This document shows, one piece after another, positions 9,268 through 17,315 of a stretch of 64,000 nt of DNA; the first letter of the stretch is position 1, and each line of letters starts with the position of its first letter. A program made the position numbers and the translations under genes. The notes beneath the pieces are model-generated. The model was not told the origin of the DNA and did not search any database. It worked only from the letters and a program-made list of their open reading frames with translations. This stretch comes from a virus (taxonomy: Duplodnaviria; Caudoviricetes): IMG/VR virus record IMGVR_UViG_3300031787_000100, positions 2,214 through 66,213 of that record. One strand, 5' to 3'.

Positions 9268-9985
9268 ATCAAGTCGAGTAACGCCTCGGCTTGTTTAGTT
9301 CTTTAACAATTTATACATAGGTTTTTGTGTAGCTTATAAAGTTATAACCTTATAACTTTCGCCCAGTCCACATAGGGTACACAAAAAATGCAAGCCGTCG
9401 CTGTAAATACAGAAGCTCGATAGATTAGTGTCCAGTTCATACAAGAGTTGGTCGTATCCCGATGCCTCAATAGCCACCGCACCTCTTATGCGTGTTTCAT
9501 ATCCCATTCACTTGGGTTTCCCTGATTCCGAGAGTTTACTGTAAGTCCCCAAGGGCAGGTAGTGCCATGCCAGTTAGCTATTGTTGAGTAAAGATACCAA
9601 ACCGCCAAAGATGTAAGTTACTTTTCTTCCTCGTTTGAATAGACGTTGGGTTAAAGCCCCAGTATGTTGTGGTGTAGTTTCAATAGGCTAGTGTCAACGA
9701 AACGATAGCAACATGCAGCACTAACGCACACTACCTAAATGGGTGCAGTATTTGTATGCCAATCATACAAACTGCTCAGTGGAGTTTATGTAGCACCTCG
9801 GGTCGCTACCGCTAAGACAACCATGGGAACTGGAACTGACAAGGGTCAGGATATGCCAGAACGACAAACCCTATCGTAGTAAAAAAGCCAAATCAATCGA
9901 CGCACTACTCACGGCATTAGCCGTGTCAACAAGTTGTATTCAACTGGGAGGGGATACTGTCCCCTCTTGGGTGTGTACCACACCA
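9268..9985 (+). ncRNA. Candidate large structured ncRNA (~720 nt), family unassigned
   Basis: No ORF of 60 aa or more in the track; lies downstream of a perfect promoter; more than 10 nested complementary helices found by eye. Confidence 0.65.
9270..9333 (+). promoter_or_regulatory. rRNA-operon-like antitermination leader (boxB hairpin, boxA, boxC-like)
   Basis: Hairpin CAAGTCGAG/CTCGGCTTG, then GTTCTTTAACAATTTAT (9298-9314), then TGTGT. Confidence 0.7.
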
Positions 9986-10017
9986 AACCTATAACCTTAT
10001 AACTTTGGGAGATCACC

Positions 10018-10227
10018 ATGGGACTTGAGAAAGTAGTACTTAACAAACTAAAAGAGGTTGACCCTCACCTGCAAGCTAGCTTCTACAACGGCACATTGTT
10101 TATCGACAACGAGCCGAACCTTGACACGCTGACTATCTATCGCATCAACAACGCAGTCAAAAGCGTAGTCACATGCCCCATACAGATCAGCAAAAACCGC
10201 GACGAGATCGCTATAGATTTTCTTTAA
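10018..10227 (+). CDS. Hypothetical early protein
   Basis: Repeat plus GGAG RBS directly upstream. Confidence 0.75.
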   Translation: MGLEKVVLNKLKEVDPHLQASFYNGTLFIDNEPNLDTLTIYRINNAVKSVVTCPIQISKNRDEIAIDFL

Positions 10228-10259
10228 ACCTAACCCTAACTTTAAGACTGGAGAATGAT

Positions 10260-10499
10260 ATGAAAGTGTCCGAACTAATCGCAGAACTGGAGTGCTACGA
10301 CGGTGATGCCGAAGTACACATGGCATACGGTGCTGGTGACTACTGGCGTACAACGCTAGCCCCAAGGGTAAGCCGAACCTTTCAAGGTACGGTGCAGAAG
10401 TCTGAGTATCACCAGACCGACCGCTTGTATGAACGTGACCTCGACGAGCCTGAGGATGAGGAAGACGAACCCATTCGTCAAGTTGTGGTGATTGAGTAA
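10260..10499 (+). CDS. Hypothetical early protein (acidic C-terminus)
   Basis: MKVSELIAELE... start after GGAG RBS. Confidence 0.75.
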   Translation: MKVSELIAELECYDGDAEVHMAYGAGDYWRTTLAPRVSRTFQGTVQKSEYHQTDRLYERDLDEPEDEEDEPIRQVVVIE

Positions 10500-10529
10500 C
10501 TTATAACCTTATAACTTTTGGAGATGCAA

Positions 10530-10682
10530 ATGATTGAAACCAGTTACACAGAGACAAGACACTACATCTTGCTCAAGAACCTACTCATTGCTATTGCCAA
10601 TGACCGTGATGCCCTGCGCATCATGGCTACCAAAAAAGAAATGGCAGAAGCCGTAGCTGCAATGAAACATTTGTGGGAGTGA
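10530..10682 (+). CDS. Small hypothetical protein (50 aa)
   Basis: Hand-translated MIETSYTETRHY...MKHLWE; repeat plus GGAG RBS upstream. Confidence 0.65.
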   Translation: MIETSYTETRHYILLKNLLIAIANDRDALRIMATKKEMAEAVAAMKHLWE

Positions 10683-10684
10683 GT

Positions 10685-10906
10685 ATGACCCACTATCACC
10701 TGCCGATCTGCACTTGTTGTTACGCAGAACGGATACCCCCTGCCCGAGCTTCGCTCGGTTACAAAACATGCCTGTCATGTGGCGAGATACAAGCCAAGAC
10801 ACGCAAGCACACCATCGTGCCTATGCCTAAGTCCAACTACATCGTAGTGACTGACCGCAATTTATTGAAGGGGCTTAACTCATCACACAAGGGAGGGGCT
10901 ATGTAA
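10685..10906 (+). CDS. DksA/TraR-like C4 zinc-finger protein
   Basis: CTCC-YAERIPPAR-ASLGYKT-CLSC matches the CxxC..IPxxR..CxxC pattern. Confidence 0.65.
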   Translation: MTHYHLPICTCCYAERIPPARASLGYKTCLSCGEIQAKTRKHTIVPMPKSNYIVVTDRNLLKGLNSSHKGGAM

Positions 10907-11154
10907 TGGCAATCGTTCATGGGAAACACCGAGCGCAATACCAGTGGTATCAATACGCATATAAAACATGGGCTTACGAAATACCGAAACCTGACTTGTA
11001 TGCCCATGATGTACTGCGTGTTGGGTATTCATCCGAAATAGACGGGTGGAAAATCTTTATAAATCACATCGAGGCGGGACAAGCCTCAACACTCGAAGAA
11101 GCCAAGACATTGGCAATCATGCTGTACAAACTGCACCCCGACTGGGGACACTAA
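10906..11154 (+). CDS. Hypothetical early protein
   Basis: 82-aa ORF coupled to upstream stop (TAATG); GGAGG RBS. Confidence 0.7.
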   Translation: MAIVHGKHRAQYQWYQYAYKTWAYEIPKPDLYAHDVLRVGYSSEIDGWKIFINHIEAGQASTLEEAKTLAIMLYKLHPDWGH

Positions 11155-11208
11155 CTCAACCCTAAACAAACAACAAACCTATAACCTTATAACTTTTGGA
11201 GAAACACA

Positions 11209-11967
11209 ATGAGCATGTACTCAAAACTTTCAATGCACTTATCACGTCACATGTATAAGCGTGGCAAGAACAAGGGTAGCGCCCCTGCCAATGCACATAG
11301 GCGTGGCATGGATCACTTCAGAGTGGTCAAGGGTAACGACGACACAATGCGTATCCGCATGTGGAGTACCGACATTATTACCGCTTACCCCAATGGCGAT
11401 GTGAAGATCGACACCAACGGATACTACACACATAACACAACAATCATTCGGCTCAACGAAGCGTTTGGTTTCTTCGAGGGTGTGGGCGTGGGTATGGGTA
11501 AGCGTAGCATCTACAGTTATTCACAACCTGTGCTTCGGGTGGGCGTTAAACTTTATTATTACTATGACGGCATCACACTCAATGCCCAAGGCGAAGTCAT
11601 CACGCCACTTCAAGCGTTTGAGCAGAAACGTGTAGATAAAGCAGCGACTAAAGAACTAGCCGTTGACCTAAAAGAGTCAGGGTTTGCCGATGCGTTCAAT
11701 CTACTGTATGCAGTAGCTACACCCGATGATATGGAAACCGATAACTACGGGATGTTTGGTGTACGACTCCCCGATGCTTTGTCTGACTCTGCCCGAGCCG
11801 ACACATGGAAAATGATTATCGCTCGCAACAAATTCCAACGTGAGTACGCATATCCGCAGTACCAATACGTAGAGAAATCAAATGCAAAAGCATGTTGGGC
11901 AACCATCATGGCTGCATGCAAAAAGAACATGTACATTGTGTCTCGCTCTGAGACCTTTGTCTTGTAA
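11209..11967 (+). CDS. Hypothetical early protein
   Basis: 252-aa ORF preceded by repeat and GGAG. Confidence 0.8.
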   Translation: MSMYSKLSMHLSRHMYKRGKNKGSAPANAHRRGMDHFRVVKGNDDTMRIRMWSTDIITAYPNGDVKIDTNGYYTHNTTIIRLNEAFGFFEGVGVGMGKRSIYSYSQPVLRVGVKLYYYYDGITLNAQGEVITPLQAFEQKRVDKAATKELAVDLKESGFADAFNLLYAVATPDDMETDNYGMFGVRLPDALSDSARADTWKMIIARNKFQREYAYPQYQYVEKSNAKACWATIMAACKKNMYIVSRSETFVL

Positions 11968-12030
11968 ACGTGGCGTAAGCCAACTTAAGTAAACTTATAA
12001 CCTTATAACTTTCAATCCAAGGAAATCAAA

Positions 12031-13098
12031 ATGCAATTGTCTGTAAACCTCAAACAAGCAGCTACTCTCATTCGCAATGTGGGTACAACAAACACAATCC
12101 TACTGCGGGGTCAGCCCGGTGTAGGTAAGTCATCTATTCTTGCAACACTAGGCAAGGAACTACCTGACTATCACGTTTGCTACATCGACTGTGCAAACTT
12201 AGACCTCGGTGACTTGGCTATGCCTGTCATTGACCGAGAGAACATGACCACATCGTATGCACCCAATGTGCGCTTCGGTGTAGGTAAGAATCAGACTCGA
12301 CCCGTCATACTTATGCTTGACGAGTTGGGTAAAGCATCACGCCCTGTGATGAACATGTTGTTGCCGACTATCCTTGAGCATCGTGTAGGTGATGTGCAGT
12401 ATCGTACTGGGTCAATCATCTTAGCAACAACCAACCTAGATACAGATGGTGTGGGTGACAATATCCCTGCCCATGCCTACAACCGCATGACTGTGGTGAA
12501 CCTAGCCAACCCAACAACTGAGCAGTGGCTCGAGTGGGCATCGGACAACAACATTGCCCCCGAAGTTATGGCATTTGCTAAGCAGTATCCGCAAGTGTTC
12601 GACTGCTATGTAGACCTTGACCCCAAGGCTAAGAACCCCTACATCTTCAACCCATTGACGGGCAACGTGAAAGCATACTGCTCGCCTCGTTCACTCGAGA
12701 AAGCATCTAACATTATCAAGATGCGTCATGTATTGGGTGATGCCTTGTTGCCTGCATTGGCGGGTACTGTGGGTGAAGCAGCAGCTAGGGATATGGATGC
12801 ACTCATTCACTTGGCAGATCAGTTGCCTTTGTTCGAGAACATCGTGAAGGAACCATTCAAGGCTAAGGTTCCAAGCAGTGCGGGTGCGTTATTCATTCTC
12901 GCCTTTATGTTGGCAGGTCGTGTCGATGCTAAGACTATCGACGCAGTGATGGACTACTCAGATCGTATGGCTAACGAATCATTCGAGGCACATGCACTCT
13001 TTATCACATCACTTGCATCCAACAAAGCCAAGGTAGGTATGGCATGCGGTAGCCGTAAGTTCACGACCCAAGCAGCCAAGCTTGGTAAGTTCTTCTAA
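12031..13098 (+). CDS. MoxR-like AAA+ ATPase
   Basis: Walker A GQPGVGKS, Walker B ILMLDE, sensor ATTN, SPRS motif; vWA partner downstream. Confidence 0.85.
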   Translation: MQLSVNLKQAATLIRNVGTTNTILLRGQPGVGKSSILATLGKELPDYHVCYIDCANLDLGDLAMPVIDRENMTTSYAPNVRFGVGKNQTRPVILMLDELGKASRPVMNMLLPTILEHRVGDVQYRTGSIILATTNLDTDGVGDNIPAHAYNRMTVVNLANPTTEQWLEWASDNNIAPEVMAFAKQYPQVFDCYVDLDPKAKNPYIFNPLTGNVKAYCSPRSLEKASNIIKMRHVLGDALLPALAGTVGEAAARDMDALIHLADQLPLFENIVKEPFKAKVPSSAGALFILAFMLAGRVDAKTIDAVMDYSDRMANESFEAHALFITSLASNKAKVGMACGSRKFTTQAAKLGKFF

Positions 13099-13118
13099 AC
13101 TTATAAGGTTATAACTTT

Positions 13119-13208
13119 ATGTTTACACCTTGGGAACGCTTCGAGCGTTTTATCTTAGTCCTAGCACTCATTGTGCTAGCCCTTGACCTCTACTACTGGA
13201 GACCATGA
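13119..13208 (+). CDS. Small membrane peptide (29 aa)
   Basis: Hand-translated MFTPWERFERFILVLALIVLALDLYYWRP; TAAGGT within the repeat as possible SD. Confidence 0.55.
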   Translation: MFTPWERFERFILVLALIVLALDLYYWRP

Positions 13209-13381
13209 TGCTTATCGTAGAACGAACATCTAACGGGCAGACCATCGTCGTCATTAAGAAAGATTGGCATCCCAATCGAATCAGCAAGGCGTACCAACGC
13301 CCACTGCCTAACCATGTGCAGTCAAATGATGCATGGAATTTACAAACCGCATTACTAAACAAACTAAGGAAACCATCATGA
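13205..13381 (+). CDS. Small hypothetical protein (58 aa)
   Basis: Hand-translated MMLIVERTSNGQ...; ATGA overlaps at both ends; GGAG RBS. Confidence 0.6.
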   Translation: MMLIVERTSNGQTIVVIKKDWHPNRISKAYQRPLPNHVQSNDAWNLQTALLNKLRKPS

Positions 13382-13977
13382 GAAATATGTACGAACTCGC
13401 AAGACAACTGCAGTCCCCCGGTGTAGTCACCACGGCATACTTTAACCCAACTCGTTTGACTAAGTCGCTACGCAACCTTGCTCGTAAGAGCATTGCGTCA
13501 GGCAAGCATAGCGGTGGGTGGTCAAGTCAAACAAAGAAAGTGCGCAACCTTATCTTTAAGTTAGCGGGTGAAGCACCTGTGATACACGCTAAGCCTGAGC
13601 ATGGACCGTATGTATCTTTTGTAGCACCACGCCCTATACCTCATAGCGTTCAGAATGAGATGATTGGACTGCTCGAGGCGGACTGCTCGTTGACTAAGAT
13701 GAACTTCGAGACAGAGAAGAAGAACTACTACAAGATCACATACGATGAGTTTGTAGAACGAGTTGATGATACTTTTGTTACTAACATGAAACGTTTGCAA
13801 GAGGTGGGTGGTAGCACGCACTACTCAATCATAATCCGCAACAAACCAATACGAGAGCAGGTAGTTGACTTGTTTCTTACATTGCGAACCTCTGATGAGG
13901 TGGCATTGGCTGAGCGCATAGCTTCGCTACTAGATGAGAATCGAGAGTTTCTCATCCCATTGGACTACAACTTTTGA
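13378..13977 (+). CDS. Hypothetical protein
   Basis: ORF; start at 13378 chosen from AAGGA RBS. Confidence 0.75.
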   Translation: MRNMYELARQLQSPGVVTTAYFNPTRLTKSLRNLARKSIASGKHSGGWSSQTKKVRNLIFKLAGEAPVIHAKPEHGPYVSFVAPRPIPHSVQNEMIGLLEADCSLTKMNFETEKKNYYKITYDEFVERVDDTFVTNMKRLQEVGGSTHYSIIIRNKPIREQVVDLFLTLRTSDEVALAERIASLLDENREFLIPLDYNF

Positions 13978-14011
13978 AAACTTATAACCTTATAACTTTT
14001 GGAGAAATCAA

Positions 14012-15184
14012 ATGAACGTATCAGATCGAATCAAGAAAGCGCACATCGCTATCATGCAACACAAAAAGTTCTGTGTGTATAGCGGTATCCTTGCGTGTGG
14101 CAAGGTGCATGTCAACAACGACGTACCTACCGCAGCTACTAACGGTTGGGATGTTATCTACAACCCTGCCTTCATCGAGCAACACATGAAGACCGACCCC
14201 GAGTTGCGCTTCCTCATCTTGCATGAGGGTCAGCACAAAGCGTATCGTCACTTGCAAGTATGGACTGCATTGCACGACGAGGATGCTCAGTTGGCTAACA
14301 TCGCAGCAGATCACTTCGTTAACTTATCCTTAGTGGATATGGATGACGGTGAGGGGTTCATCAAGATGCCTGAGTTAGGTGTGCAACCTGATGCCAAGTA
14401 TCGTGGGTGGTCAGTCAAGCAAATCTTCGAAGACCTCAAGCAAGAGGAAGAAGAAGGCGGGGGTGGTGGCGGTGGCGAAGGTGGCAATGGGTTCGATGAG
14501 CATGACTGGGCTAATGCAACAAGCGGTGACCCTGCTAAGGATGCCGAGCGTGGCAATGAGATACAACGAGCCATTCGTCAAGGCGAGATCGTGCGTCGCA
14601 AGATGCAAGGCAAGGGTGCAGGCGATGCAGATGGTGCGTTCGGTGAGTTGTTGCAACCCAAGATCGACTGGAAGAAAGTCTTGCGTGACTTCATCACCGA
14701 GACATGTGCGGGTCGTGACGAGTCCTCATGGCGTAAACCTAATCGTAGATTTTTGAGCTACGACGTTTACATGCCCTCTATGGTGGGGACTACTATGACA
14801 GAGCTTGTCATCGGGTTCGACACGTCGGGTTCATGTTTCGGTGGCGATGAAATGACTGCGTTTGTTTCCAACATCAAGACCATCATTGAAGAGGTCAAGC
14901 CAACCAAGACACACGTCATCTATTGGGACACTCAAGTAGCAGGGCATCAAACATTCGAGGATGGTCAGTTTGCCGTAGCCGACATGAAACCCAAGGGCGG
15001 TGGTGGTACAGATGGTTCTGTGTTGTTTGAATACTTGCGTGAACACCGTATCAACCCACAAGCTATTGTGCAGTTTACCGACGGCTACGTAGGTGATTGG
15101 GGTAACACCAATGTGCCTACCTTGTGGGCTATCACAACCGATGTGGTTGCACCATTCGGTACGACGATTCGTGTCGAAGTTTAA
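14012..15184 (+). CDS. Metallopeptidase-like plus vWA domain protein (DUF2201-like)
   Basis: TAATNG, HEGQH (HExxH), ANIAAD, MIDAS DTSGS, GGGTD, FTDGY. Confidence 0.85.
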   Translation: MNVSDRIKKAHIAIMQHKKFCVYSGILACGKVHVNNDVPTAATNGWDVIYNPAFIEQHMKTDPELRFLILHEGQHKAYRHLQVWTALHDEDAQLANIAADHFVNLSLVDMDDGEGFIKMPELGVQPDAKYRGWSVKQIFEDLKQEEEEGGGGGGGEGGNGFDEHDWANATSGDPAKDAERGNEIQRAIRQGEIVRRKMQGKGAGDADGAFGELLQPKIDWKKVLRDFITETCAGRDESSWRKPNRRFLSYDVYMPSMVGTTMTELVIGFDTSGSCFGGDEMTAFVSNIKTIIEEVKPTKTHVIYWDTQVAGHQTFEDGQFAVADMKPKGGGGTDGSVLFEYLREHRINPQAIVQFTDGYVGDWGNTNVPTLWAITTDVVAPFGTTIRVEV

Positions 15185-15216
15185 AACTTATAACCTTATA
15201 ACTTTTGGAGAAAACC

Positions 15217-15582
15217 ATGGGATATAGATCAGATGTGCAGGCACTTATTTACCCTGCGAACGGTGACACTAACTTGTTGGAGTACGACAAGCTCAAAACG
15301 CTAATGAACACCACGTTTAAGGATATGTTGGATACATGGGGCGATTACTTTGATTGGAATGACCATCATCGTGTACTCCAGTTTACCGCTAACTCTATTA
15401 AATGGTACGACAGCTACCCCGATGTGGCTAGGTTTACTAAGTTTTTGGAGGAGGTGCGCGACCTTGAGTACGAGTATGAGTTCATTCGTATTGGCGAGGA
15501 TGACAACGATGTTGAGTCCGATAGCACAGGCGATGCCGAGAACTTTATGTACGTAGAACGAACCATACAGGTGAATTTATGA
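15217..15582 (+). CDS. Hypothetical protein
   Basis: MGYRSDV...KWY...FIRIGED; repeat plus RBS upstream. Confidence 0.75.
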   Translation: MGYRSDVQALIYPANGDTNLLEYDKLKTLMNTTFKDMLDTWGDYFDWNDHHRVLQFTANSIKWYDSYPDVARFTKFLEEVRDLEYEYEFIRIGEDDNDVESDSTGDAENFMYVERTIQVNL

Positions 15583-15857
15583 AATTCAAGTTAACTATCA
15601 ACGGGCATCACGTATTGGTGGATGCAGGGCAACTCCAAATCCTTACAGATACTCTGTCGTTTGCCGAACACCTAACCGAAACTCACGTTGGGCACAACAT
15701 GGGGTCACAAGGGTATCAGAACGCATACGTACCGGCTATCAAGCCAGTCGTAACACACGAGCTATTCACTGTAGCACCAGTGAACCAAGACTACATCGAC
15801 ACAATCAAACTGACGATGAAGCTAAATGACACATCAACCATGCAAGTAACAACCTAA
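15579..15857 (+). CDS. Hypothetical protein
   Basis: 92-aa ORF overlapping upstream stop. Confidence 0.7.
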   Translation: MKFKLTINGHHVLVDAGQLQILTDTLSFAEHLTETHVGHNMGSQGYQNAYVPAIKPVVTHELFTVAPVNQDYIDTIKLTMKLNDTSTMQVTT

Positions 15858-15887
15858 AACTTATAACCTTATAACTTTGGAGAAACC

Positions 15888-16814
15888 ATGAACTACTACA
15901 CAATCGAAACAGAAAAGCCTATCGCAGGCGTCGCACGTTCCGCCATGATGGTGGACTTAAACATCGCAGTCTACTCGGGTCGCAAGCAAGACAAGAGTAC
16001 GCAAGCCGAGGTCACCAATGCCAAGGGGTCAGGCTCCAAGAAAGCAGCGTCGGTGTACAAGAACTTGTTTGCTGAGTGCAAAGAGTTGGAAGCTATCACC
16101 AAGTTCCAAGCCCGTGCCCGAGCCGAACACTATCGCTTGACGCTTCCTTGGAATGACCAAGGTGCAAGACTGTTGCCCACTGCAGCCCTGCTTGAGTATC
16201 AGAAGACTATGGGTAGGCATAACACAGAGTTCAATCGCTTGGTCGATGCGTTCTTGGACAAGTACGAGACACTCGTAGCAGGGGCAGCGTTCCAACTCGG
16301 CACATTGTTTGATCGCAACGAGTACCCAAGCAGGGGCAAGGTGGCTCAGCGTTTTCGTATGGAGGCATCGTTCACTCCCTTGCCTACTGGCGGTGACTTC
16401 CGACTTGATGTGGAGAGCGAGGTACAACGCAACCTGATCGCCCAATACGAAGAGAAGCTCGATGCTAAGTTGAAGGCAGCGAACCAAGACTCATGGACTC
16501 GTTTGTATAACGCTATCAGTAAGTTGAGTGATCGCTTGACTGTGGATGAGGATGGCAAGAAGCGTACGTTCCACGACACAACGGTGACCAATGCCGTTGA
16601 CTTGTGTGAGTTGTTGCAGGTCATGAACATTACCAACGACCCTGCGTTGACGAAAGCTTCACGTAAGCTTGAGGAAGTATTATCTGGCATAACACCTAAG
16701 GAATTGCGGGAAGAAGATAGCACTCGTGCTTTAACCAAGATCAAGGTGGATGAAATCCTTGGTGCATTTGATTGGGGGATAAATGATGGGGAAAGTGAAG
16801 GCGATGGTAACTGA
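15888..16814 (+). CDS. Helical hypothetical protein (DUF3150-like, tentative)
   Basis: 308 aa; TLPW..GARLLP and F...YP motifs; context with AAA/vWA genes. Confidence 0.55.
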   Translation: MNYYTIETEKPIAGVARSAMMVDLNIAVYSGRKQDKSTQAEVTNAKGSGSKKAASVYKNLFAECKELEAITKFQARARAEHYRLTLPWNDQGARLLPTAALLEYQKTMGRHNTEFNRLVDAFLDKYETLVAGAAFQLGTLFDRNEYPSRGKVAQRFRMEASFTPLPTGGDFRLDVESEVQRNLIAQYEEKLDAKLKAANQDSWTRLYNAISKLSDRLTVDEDGKKRTFHDTTVTNAVDLCELLQVMNITNDPALTKASRKLEEVLSGITPKELREEDSTRALTKIKVDEILGAFDWGINDGESEGDGN

Positions 16815-17145
16815 GATTATGGAAGTAGCAGACAGGCATGGGCGAGCTAAGTCAGACGCCCTTCGAATGCTAGAACATAAACTTGGATACCACAAAGACA
16901 ATCCTATGTACGAATGTAGATACGAAGAACGTGGGCTTGACTACACGCTAAAGAAATGGCGTGACGGACACGAGGAAGCATCTCGTGGACTGGTAACAGA
17001 CCTACCTGATTGGCTAGAGAGAATCAGGGATGTGGCGACGGTGGGTGGGCATCTTAAGAAAGTGAACGTGCCTCCCCCTGACAACATCGTATGGTTCACT
17101 ATCGACGACGATGGAAATTTAATTAACTTTATGGAACTTACATGA
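16783..17145 (+). CDS. Hypothetical protein
   Basis: ORF within the operon. Confidence 0.7.
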   Translation: MMGKVKAMVTEIMEVADRHGRAKSDALRMLEHKLGYHKDNPMYECRYEERGLDYTLKKWRDGHEEASRGLVTDLPDWLERIRDVATVGGHLKKVNVPPPDNIVWFTIDDDGNLINFMELT

Positions 17146-17315
17146 ACTATGACAACTTGACCGATGAGGAACTAATCCGTTTTGCCGATGGGCATACGGG
17201 TTTAATCAAAGTCTTATCTGAAAGGTTGGAGATGCGGTTGCGTGACATGGAGGATTTATCACGCACCATGCCTGACCCCAAACAACTTAACCTATTCGAG
17301 GATGACGATGCCTGA
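17142..17315 (+). CDS. Small acidic protein ending in clamp-binding-like QLNLF motif
   Basis: Hand-translated 57 aa MNYDNLTDEELIRF...PKQLNLFEDDDA; ATGA overlap with upstream gene. Confidence 0.65.
   Translation: MNYDNLTDEELIRFADGHTGLIKVLSERLEMRLRDMEDLSRTMPDPKQLNLFEDDDA

Noticed and set aside
9401-9412. CTGT..ACAG as a LexA box
   Set aside because: Spacer is 4 nt rather than 8; better explained as a small RNA hairpin.
9268-9985. Group I/II intron, tRNA cluster or tmRNA
   Set aside because: No interrupted gene on either side, and I could not find catalytic-core signatures or T-loop/cloverleaf patterns by eye. Not fully excluded without covariance models.
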